Source: Squalus acanthias
Taxonomy: Eukaryota
Reading direction: 5' to 3'
Length of the DNA stretch: 64,000 nt
Assembly (NCBI GenBank): GCA_030390025.1
Contig: CM059432.1
Location: 105,526,001 to 105,590,000, forward strand
This document shows, one piece after another, positions 11,161 to 20,410 of the stretch (its first letter is position 1; every line of letters starts with the position of its first letter). Below the pieces are notes generated by a model. That model worked only from the letters and a program-made list of their open reading frames with translations, did no database searches and had not been told where the DNA came from. A program made the position numbers and the translations under genes.

Positions 11161-11354
11161 TGTCGTAAGAATGAGCCTTACGCGTGGTGAACTTAAAGTA
11201 AGCTTTAATCAACTAAAAAGGTGCTACATACAAAAGAGGTCTTACTCTATGCCTCTCCAGGATCCAACTGATCAGTCCAGTATTTATCCTGGACTAATCA
11301 CAGGAAGTGATGCAATAAAGTTCGAGTCACAGGAAGCTGTATTGTGTTACCACA
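11161..11354 (-). repeat. Gypsy 5' LTR
   Basis: Direct repeat of 6914-7107, lying upstream of gag on the minus strand. Confidence 0.95.
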
Positions 11355-11464
11355 GGCCCAATATTTTTTTATCACCCTGAAGTGGTTAGAAAAGAGTCCA
11401 AAGTCCTTTTCTTTAGGGTTTTTCTCCGAGTTTTGGGGGATCTGTGAATTTTGAGAATCTTACA

Positions 11465-11853
11465 GGTTCCGCTAGGACCACTTAGCTCCAGACCTCATTC
11501 CAGCCTTGGTCCAAACATGGACTAAAGAGCTGAATTCCAGAGGTGAGGTGAGAGTGACTGCCCTTGACATCAAGGCAGCATTTGACCGAGTGTGGCATCA
11601 AGGAGCCCTAGTAAAACTGAAGTCAATGGGAATCAGGGGGAAAACTCTCCACTGGCTGGAGTCATACCTAGCACAAAGGAAGATGGTTGTGGTGGTTGAA
11701 GGTCAATCATCACAGCCCCAGGACATCACTGTAGGAGTTCCTCAGGGCAGTGTCCGAGGCCCAACCATCTTCAGCTGCTTCATCAATGACCTTCCCTCCA
11801 TCATAAGGTCAGAAATGGGGATGTTCGCTGATGACTGCACAGTGTTCAAATAG
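11465..11853 (+). mobile_element. Right part of the interrupted LINE ORF2 (RT core), 3' truncated
   Basis: ALDIKAAFDRVWH..GVPQGSV.GP..FADDCT; continues the RT broken at 5601. Confidence 0.88.
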
Positions 11854-12351
11854 CCTTTCCCTATTCACTTGATCAAAACATTTCATGAATGAAAAACGTC
11901 TATTAAATCTCCTATTACACTTCTCTGTCCCAATAGAAATAGTCCCAGTCTCGCAAGTTGCTCCTTAGGACTATAGGGGTCGATTTTAACCCTGAGCAGG
12001 TTTCAGGTGGGCTGGGGGCAGAGCAAGTATGAAATGCACTCACTGGTCTAAACTTCAGGCTTGGGCTATCTTCTCCCGGGCCTCATTTAAATGCTGCCAG
12101 TCCACGTCCTACCTAGAATGGGTGTAAACAGAGTGCAGAGCGGCTGCCATATGCCTGCTGCTAGGTTATTGGTAGGGAGAGGTTTTCGGGAGAGTTTTGC
12201 AGGAGGGAATGGGGTGGGGGGCCGGGGAAGTGCTGGGTAGCTATCCATGTAAGGCAGTCCTTCAGACCAAATGCAGACCTGCTTATGCCTCATGGGAAAG
12301 TATGCACAATATGTACAATGTCAGAAATGCAATCAAAAAAGAAATCAAAAT

Positions 12352-14010
12352 GACCTGGAGTTCCCACTTGGTTGCGTTGGTTTTTTTCAGGGCAATTTGC
12401 CCGAAATCGACCAACCAGCGCAAAAGTTTGGGGAATTTCAAGCGCTAGTTTAAAAAATGGTCGGTGAGAAATTTGTGTCGTTTGCGCCACACGTTAGCGC
12501 CACGAGATGGCGCTAAAACGCTGCTGTGAGCACTAATGACACCTGATGCCAGTTCCAGTGCCGCATACCATATCGGTCTTGCCGCTAGCTCTGTCACTGA
12601 AGTGGATCGCCGGGGACCTCGCCATCACAGAGATCGTGACGTCAGTGAGTGTGCAATGCTCACTTGACACCTGATCTCCCAACTTCGTTATTGGCTGGAG
12701 AGCACAACAACAGCTTCAGGTGGTGTGCAGCAGCAGGAAGCCGGCTACAGCGATGCTATTTAAAGGGATCATCACCGATCACTTGCACTTGACAGGTTTG
12801 TGAAGTTTGAGTGGCTGCGTGCTACTTCCTGCTACTACAAGAGTTTTTCCTTGTAATTTCAAGGTTATTTGGTATCAGGGAGTGTCTGGCAAGCACAAAA
12901 CTCCATAATTATTTCTGAAAAGCTTCAACCTACAACACTTGCTAAAAGTCATGGGGGCTGTACTGGCAGTCGACCTCGCCCTCCAGGATCTACAGCGGAG
13001 GCAGCGAGAAAGATGGGAACATGTGTGCAGAGGGAGGAGGGCCATCAAGGCTCTCAACAGGGGGCCTTACCCTCCGAAGCACTTCTCCTACCTTCAATTA
13101 AGTGAGGAGCAGTGTATTAGAAGGCTCCGCTTCACTAAGGAGGTGGTCACAGAACTCTGCCACCTCCTGCAACCAGACCTCCAGCCTCAGACCAGGGCGA
13201 CCATGGCTCTCCCAGTGGCAGTCAAGATCACCGTGGCCCTCAATTTCTTCACCAGCGGATCCTTCCAGTCTGCAGCAGGAGACATACCTAACATCTCACA
13301 GTTCACCATCCATCGCTGCATCCGGGAGGTCACTGAGGCTCTGTACTCCAGGAGAAGGGACTACAGAGAGAAGCAGGACAAGAATGCATGTGGCTTTGCC
13401 AGGGTAGCGGGCTTCCCGATGGTGCAGGGCGCCATTGACTGCACCCAGGTGGCTTTGTGGGCACTGCATAACAATCCTGAGATCTTCTGTAACCGCAAAG
13501 TCTATCACTCACTTAATGCACAGCTGGTGTGCGACAACACACAGTGAATCGCCAATGTCAATACCCGCTATCCTGGCAGCAGCTACGATGCCCCTTCATC
13601 CTGCACCATACCGGCACTCTTCCAGCCACCACATCAAGCTCGCGGGTGGCTGCTCGGAGACAAGGGTGATCTGCTCTGCACCTGGCTCATGACTCCCCTC
13701 CGCAACCCCAACACTCCTGCCTAGCACTCATATAACGAGAGTCATGCTGCCACCAGGAACATCATCGAGCAGACCATCGGCCTACTGAAGCAACGGTTCT
13801 GCTACCTTGACCGCTTGGGAGGAGCCGTCCAGGACTCGCCGAAGTGGGTCGTGGTAGTCTGCTGCATACTCCACAACTTGGCCACCATGAGGGTGCAGCC
13901 CTTGCCAGCAAGGATTGCGGGACCACCTCAGGAGGACGAGGAGGCAGTGGAGGATGAAGAGGAGGAGGAGGAGGAGGAACAAGAGGGAGGGCGGAGACAG
14001 CTGGAGAGAG
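12352..14010 (+). mobile_element. PIF/Harbinger remnant with HARBI1-like DDE transposase pseudogene
   Basis: ORF 12939-13547 has VALNFFTSGSFQ..GAIDCTQV..NRKVYHSLNAQ. Frameshifted downstream pieces have [21 protein letters not shown] and CCILHNLA, then an acidic tail. Confidence 0.85.
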
Positions 14011-14443
14011 GGGGACCTGGTGTCAGAATTAAATATCATACAGCCACATGGCATACAACAGTCAGACATGGTGACAGATGTCAGCAGCCAGTGAAATATC
14101 ATGATGTGCATAATGGTAACGTCTCCCCCGTTGCCCGCCACCCTCCCCAACTGTCCAGCCGGAGGAGGAAGACAAGGCCGGACCTGCTGTGATTTCCAGC
14201 AAAAAAAGTTTTTTGTTTTCCATACAGACCCCAGCATCTGCCACATTTGATCCCTTGTGACCCCACCTCATTGTCTTTGATGTAATGTTTTCCTGACTGA
14301 CCTGTTTGGACACCATCCACACCTTTGATTGCTGTGATTATCGCTCTGCCGAGGTGTGATAAAGGGCAGTTCGAAAGATTAACGGTAATCATCTGGCAGT
14401 GTTCTCTGACTATATATGCTGTGCCTATATGCATCTCTTCACT

Positions 14444-14528
14444 TCACATGACGAAGGAGCAGCGCTCCGAAAGCTTGTGATTTCAAATAAAGCTGTTGGA
14501 CTATAACCTGGTGTTGTGCAACTTCTCA
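14444..14528 (+). mobile_element. Short Penelope (family A) terminal fragment with hammerhead motif
   Basis: (A)TGACGA-A-GGAGC-AGC-GCTCC-GAAA-GCTT; matches 18161-18241 and 47997-48078. Confidence 0.7.
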
Positions 14529-16238
14529 CAGCTGTCTATAAGAATTCTGCATTTTGATTGGCTGCTTAGACAGCTTGTTGAAGTCACAGCAGTTCACACA
14601 AGGGGTTTCCCACTAACTTCCTTGTTCTGAATTGATGTTGGGAAAACCCGAAGTTCTCAACACAGGGATTGCGAGATCCTTGTGCGAAATGTACTCCGGG
14701 GCCAGCAGTAAACGCCTTTGCTTCACCACTGACCGCAAATTCCGGGCTAATATGTAACAAATTGCAATTAAAAGATTGTGATTACATAAATATACAAAGA
14801 TGCGACACTATAACTTTAAGTACTGTTAAATAAATACAAGCATATCCCTTGCTTGATTCCAAAATATTTCTAAGTACAAAAAAAATCACATTCATTATTA
14901 TCCTATCCCTATTCAGTTGTGTTCTAATGAGCCTTGATTCTTAGTTTAAATGTTCCACTGTTGCCATGTAAAAGTGACAGAACTGCAATGTAAATGGAAA
15001 TCTAGCTGCATTGCACCACCCAGGCAGATCAAATTTAAATTGTTTAAATGTTTAGAATTGTGCAGTTAAACAGGTTAAATTTAATATGGTTGACATCTAT
15101 TTTAAATAGCTTTTGGTCTTTAATCAATAATGAATTTGATTTATACATCAACTTCACATTTAGCTACTAATTATTAAGGCCTCACTGTGGCTACAATTAA
15201 CTCCTCTTTATGAATATCTCATTAATACTTTCTAAGAGTAAATTACAAATTCAAACAAATTATAATCTGCTTATTTCTCTTAGGGGTAAGTAAACCAAAG
15301 GACTGGGAGGAAGCGGTCATCATACCAATCTTTTAGAAAGGGCAAAAGGAGTGTGCTGGAAATTACAGGCAGATGAGCCTGACATCTATTGTGGATAAAA
15401 TGTAAGAGAACATTCTTAAGAAAGGTATTGTGAAATGCCTAGAGAATAATGAAGTTATCAGGGCAAGTCAGCATGCCTTTATGGAGGAGCAGGTGGGGAA
15501 GGTTCAAGCTTGACAAACCTGTTGGAATTATTTGAAGAGGTATCAGAGCTTGTAGATAAACAGAACTCTGTGAACATTGTTTATCCAGATTTCAGCAAGG
15601 TATTTGATGCAGAAAATGGTTCATAAGGTAGTTACTAGTGGGGGGCCTCAAGGATCAATGCTGGGAACTTTGCTATTCTTGTTGCATATCAACCATTTGG
15701 AAGTCGGGGTGGAAACAAAAGTGCCACAATTTGCTGATGGCACCAAAGTGGGAGAGGGGTGCAAAAACCAAGAGCAGGCTGTCAGATACAGAGGGATCCA
15801 GATGGATCTAGATCTAGTTGGGCTCATAACTGGCAAATTAAATTCAATATTAACAATTGCATAAAGGTTAGACTATAGAATAAAAATAAACATTAGAACT
15901 GCAAAATAAATGGTGTTAGTCTACAGGATAAAGCTCAGGAAAAGGATTTGGGATTACTGGTGGACAGATTGATGAAACTGTTTGCAATAGGGTGCAGCAG
16001 TAGTAAAAAAGGCAAATAGGATCTTGGGATTTTTACTGCACAAAATAGTACAGATCATAGGATGTGATACGAAAGATATTAGCTTGTCTCGTCCAAAGTA
16101 CTGTATGAAACTCTGGTCGGCATGTTACAGGAAGGAGATTGTGGCAATAAAAAGAGGTGCAGCAAAGGGCTATTCATCTGATACCTGGCATCAGACACCT
16201 GAGGCAAAAGCAGACATTACAGAAGCTGAAGAGACATA

Positions 16239-16908
16239 GGGCTGGATTTTGATACTGGGGCAGGTTGGGGTCGTGTTATCCACTTTTCGTGTTATCCACC
16301 CGACTGCAATTGGATGTGGGAGATTGATGCAATTTTCACCTAATTGGGCAATTGAGTTCCAGCATGTGGGAACCCATGAACCAATTAGTGTTTTCAGTCT
16401 GAAAGTCGCCTCTGATGATGTCATCATTGCTGTTGCATTGAAGGTCTTCAAAGACTGCCTGGCCTTTGCTGTGAGAGGACCTGCAAAATGAGCAGCAGCA
16501 GTCCTAAGTCTGCTCCCAGATATTTTTACACCACCACTCCCAAATATGTCTCCTCTCCATCCATATATACATCCATCCATATATGCAATCCATATATGCA
16601 TCCCCATAGCCAGCCAGCCCGCCAGCCCATTCGTGGTTCAGAACAGGCGTGCTTCACATAGAAAAAGGGTTAAAATCACAAAGGCCTTTCAAAATGGCAT
16701 TATAGAGCCAATTTAGTGCTTGTTAAGGGCCTTAACAGCCTATCCCGCCTCTTAGAGGCGGGACGGAGTCAGGACCAGCAGACAAGATTTAATGAAAATA
16801 GCGTGGAGGCGGGATGGAGGTGGACTTGTGCCCGCCCGCCAGTTTTCGCAATTTTAACCCCCCACACGCCTCCAAACCCACCTCCACGGGTCAATGAAAA
16901 TCCAGCCC
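16239..16908. mobile_element. Harbinger-type non-autonomous element (MITE)
   Basis: Perfect 12-bp TIRs GGGCTGGATTTT (16239-16250) and AAAATCCAGCCC (16897-16908). TSD not clean. Confidence 0.65.
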
Positions 16909-17159
16909 ACTGAGTTCAACAATTTCAGATCATAACCTCGGCCCCTATCACATATATATATATATTTTTTATCCACACTTTTTGTTTGGCCTTTTTTTCT
17001 TCCCTCCCACACAGGCAGCTGTCTTCATTCTGCCAGCGCAATTCACACTTCATCTAGAGCCATCCTTTGTTCCTTAACCTGTCCTATTACCACCTCCTCT
17101 TGCCTTGAATATCTCTTAATGTCTCTCAATGTCTCTTAATTTCTCCTGCTTTCTATCCT

Positions 17160-18282
17160 GAGAAGTCGCACAACACCAGGTTATAGTCCAACAGTTTTAT
17201 TTGAAATTACGAGCTTTCGGAGCGCTGCTCCTTCGTCAGGTACAGTGAGGGAATACAAATCGGTTACAAAGTATATATAGACAGAGAACAATGTGTCTGC
17301 AGAGATACAATCCGTCAGGGAGGCATTACATCAAAGACACAGCAGAGTACAGCTAAGACAATGAGGTGGGGTCACAGGGGGTCCAACGTGTCAAATGCTG
17401 CAGTCTGCAGTTAAGCTTTTTACTTTTTTTTAAAACTGGAAATCACATCTGTGAACCAGACAACGACGTCGAGTCACGTCCTGTAGCGTGACATGAAACC
17501 GAGATCCCGGCCACGACACCACACAACCCTGCCAAGGCAGCCTCTGCAAGACATGCCAGGTCATCAACACAGATACCATCATCACACGTGAGGACACTAC
17601 CCACCAGGTACATGGTACATACTCATGTGACTCGGCCAACGTTGTCTACCTCATACATGGTACATCGGTGAGACCATGCAGACACTGAGACAACGTATGA
17701 ATGGACACCGCGCAACAATCGCCAGGCAGGATTTTTACCTCCCAGTCGGGGAACACTTCAGCAGTCAAGGACATTCAACCTCGGATCTGCGGGTTAGCAT
17801 TCTCCAAGGCGGCCTTCGAGACACACGACAACGCAAAATCATCGAGCAGAAACTGATAGCCAAGTTCCGCACCCATGAGGACGGCCTCAACTGGGATCTC
17901 GGTTTCATGTTGCGCTATAGGACGTGACTCGACGTCGTTGTCTGGTTCACAGATGTGATTTCCAGTTTTAAAAAAAAGTAAAAAGCTTAACTGCAGACGG
18001 CAGCATTTGACACGTTGGACCCCCTGTGACCTCACCTCATTGTCTTAGCTGTACTCTGCTGTGTCTTTGATGTAATGCCTCCCTGACGGATTGTATCTCT
18101 GCAGACACATTGTTCTCTGTCTATATATACTTTGTAACCAATTTGTATTCCCTCACTGTACCTGACGAAGGAGCAGCGCTCCGAAAGCTCGTAATTTCAA
18201 ATAAAACTGTTGGACTATAACCTGGTGTTGTGCGACTTCTCATTTTTGTCCACCCCAGTCCAACACCGGCATCTCCGCATCA
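17160..18282 (+). mobile_element. Penelope family A insert: inverted pseudo-LTR, GIY-YIG remnant, pseudo-LTR
   Basis: ~350-bp inverted repeat (17160-17510 vs 17890-18241). Between them CQGSLCKTC..SCDSANVVYLI..GETMQTLRQRMNGHR. 13-bp TSD TGCTTTCTATCCT at 17147-17159 and 18283-18295. Confidence 0.88.
18157..18195 (+). ncRNA. Minimal type I hammerhead ribozyme motif (Penelope A)
   Basis: CTGACGA core (18162-18168), stem II GGAGC/GCTCC, GAAA, short palindrome-like stem III. A second copy lies on the minus strand at about 17205-17243. Confidence 0.65.
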
Positions 18283-18797
18283 TGCTTTCTATCCTATCAC
18301 TGACCTTCCCTTTTGTTCTTTCATCCCCTCCCCCCTTTTCCCAGTCTCTAAACTTGCTTTAAAATCTATTCCATTTCCTGCTTTTTTCCAGTTCTGACGA
18401 AAGATCTTCGACCTGAAATGTTAACTCTGTTTCTCTCTCCACGGATGCTGCCTGACCTGCTGAGTTTTTCCAGCATTTTCTGTTGTTATTACAGAAGCTG
18501 AGTTTGTTTACACAAGAGAAGAGAAGACCGAGAGAGGATCTCACTGAGGTCTTCAAGATCCTTAAGGGTATCAACAAGTTGAACCCTGAGAAACTGTTCA
18601 CCATGGCCCAGAGAACAATAATGAAGGGAGCAGGGGATGAAGCTCAGAAGTGAGAATGTGAATGGACAGATCAGATATAACCATTTCATACACAGCGTGA
18701 TGATTGTTTGGAATGGACTGCCTAATGATTGAGGACGAGAACATCAGTAATTTTAAGAGGCACAGGCAGTTGGCAAGGAAATCGATTTAAAGACAAA

Positions 18798-19690
18798 GGG
18801 GTAAAAATTCAGTTGGTTGCGCCTCCCGTTAGCGCCTTAAGAGGGCGCTAATGGGGCGCAAAGCCGCTAACGCCCGGGCGCAGCGATGTTTGCGCCGCTC
18901 GGGAACTTAACTAGAGATTGTGCGGTGGTGCTAAACTTTACCGCTGCGACCACCTGCGCGCGCAGATTGTGACGTCATTCCATGGTGCAACGCCCTTGTG
19001 GCGCCCCGGAGCGGAAATTGAGTGGCGCCCCCTGCCTTACCGCCTGGCGCATCCAACGACCAGAAGACTGGAACGCTATCAATCGCTGTGGGGCTGGGGG
19101 GGGCGCTATTTAAAGGGGGCCTCTTCCTGTCTTTTATTGTTGGTGGCATTTTTGAACTACGCATTCTGAGAGAGAGAGAGAGAGACTTCTGGAGAGATTC
19201 AACATTGTGTGAAGGAGTTTTGGGTACTGAGCAGCACTTTGCAGGTTCATTTTGATTTGCCATTCCTTGTATCGATTTAGCAGAGACTGTGGGAGCTGCA
19301 CTCTGAGCTCTTTGCCTGGTACTCTCCATTGTTCTTTCCAGCACATTTGATGTGCAAGTCTCTCCAGGCCGAGATTCAAGGCTGCAATGAACAGGATGTG
19401 GATGGAAAGCAAGATTAACCATCCCCTTTAAGAACTGGCCCGTGCCATTGTGTGTGTGTTCCATTGCTGACTGACATTACATGAGCTTCGCCAGCGCTCT
19501 GAGTTAGCGCCTCACTCCTTGGCCTTTGCGCCTTAAGACAGGTGTGCAGCGCCTGATTTAGCGCTCCACTCACCTCCCGGGGCGGTAAAAGTGAAGTTTC
19601 CAGTCAGTGCCGATAATTAGCGCCAGGCGCTAATATTTGCGTCCAGACGATATTTGCGCCCCAAATGGGGCGCGACCTAATTTTTCCCCC
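18798..19690. mobile_element. ~0.9-kb Harbinger-type non-autonomous element, copy 1
   Basis: TIRs GGGGTAAAAATT and AATTTTTCCCCC, 3-bp TSD AAA, repeated subterminal TTAGCGCC/GGCGCTAA motifs. Confidence 0.85.
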
Positions 19691-20410
19691 AAAGTTTGTG
19701 AACTGTGTGTTCTGCTTTTGAACTCTGGAGCCAGCTAGATGGACCAAAATGGTCTTTTCCAGTCTGGTACATTCCTATGTTCCTATGTACCACCCAGTTT
19801 TCCCAAGTATTTGTATTGGTAGTGATAGCAATAAAATAAAAGAAAGAATGAAAGAGAAAAAGATGAAATAAAGCTTTATTTATTCTCAATTTTTAAATTA
19901 AATTTTTTCAGCCTTAATTTTACTGCCAAAAGCAGCTTTATTTATTTTTAAAACAACTTGAATCATCTCCGTGATTGTAGACATATCTTTGGTGGGCCAG
20001 GACTTCAAACTGTGGGTTTCAGTGGCGCTCATTGCAGAAGAACGTTGAATCATTCCTTGCAACCCAACCTAGACTGCTGGTAGTAATATTGTGGTTACTA
20101 CCAGCAGTAAACATTGCACAATGTGGTTACTATAATAATTTTCATGTTGTGATTACTATACTGCCCACTGAGAGGAAAATATAGTAATTCCTGTTGACAG
20201 AAGAAGTCGGCACTGTACTAGAAAACAATAAATCATATATGCAAGTTATTGCAAGTAGATAGAGCTTTCCTTTTATTTATTTTCGTGCGTATTAAATAAA
20301 ACTATTAATACATAGAAACATAGAAACATAGAAGATAGGAGCAGGAGTAGGCCATTCGGCCCCTCGAGCCTGCTCCGCCATTCGATGAGATCATGGCTGA
20401 TCATCCAAAC

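Larger units (their letters stand above)
6914..11354 (-). mobile_element. Full-length young Ty3/Gypsy LTR retrotransposon
   Basis: 194-bp LTRs at 6914-7107 and 11161-11354 (TG..CA, one mismatch), 5-bp TSD GGCCC (6909-6913 and 11355-11359), polypurine tract 7108-7120, domain order PR-RT-RH-IN. Confidence 0.97.
5602..11464 (-). mobile_element. Solo LTR of ~1.4 kb (5602-6913 plus 11360-11464), split by the Gypsy insertion
   Basis: TGTA...TACA termini, 4-bp TSD GGTT (5598-5601 and 11465-11468), minus-strand AATAAA at 5752-5757. The host LINE rejoins as CAGTTTGGGTTCCG. Confidence 0.75.
16911..18487 (+). mobile_element. Penelope family B 3' fragment (16911-17159 plus 18283-18487)
   Basis: Near-identical to 59221-59565 and 60283-60350. 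Hammerhead-like CTGACGA..GAAA at about 18394-18423. Confidence 0.8.
15290..18790 (+). mobile_element. Old CR1 RT/3' end (15290-16229 and 18488-18790) split by Penelope and MITE insertions
   Basis: Degenerate GPQGSMLG and FADGTKVG motifs. A 14-bp duplication ATTACAGAAGCTGA at 16216-16229 and 18488-18501 flanks the insert. Confidence 0.7.

Noticed and set aside
12939..13547. Host HARBI1 gene
   Set aside because: Stops and frameshifts, several divergent copies in the window and TE context indicate transposon remnants, not the domesticated gene.
14018..14030. TGGTGTCAGAA PBS-like motif at the end of the first Harbinger remnant
   Set aside because: No adjacent LTR or gag sequence found.
18931..19464. 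Repeated 177-aa and 92-aa ORFs (also 23437-23970, 30048-30380, 42539-42829) that look like a novel gene family
   Set aside because: They lie inside the 0.9-kb non-autonomous element, show no recognisable domain, and change frame between copies at the (CT)n tract.
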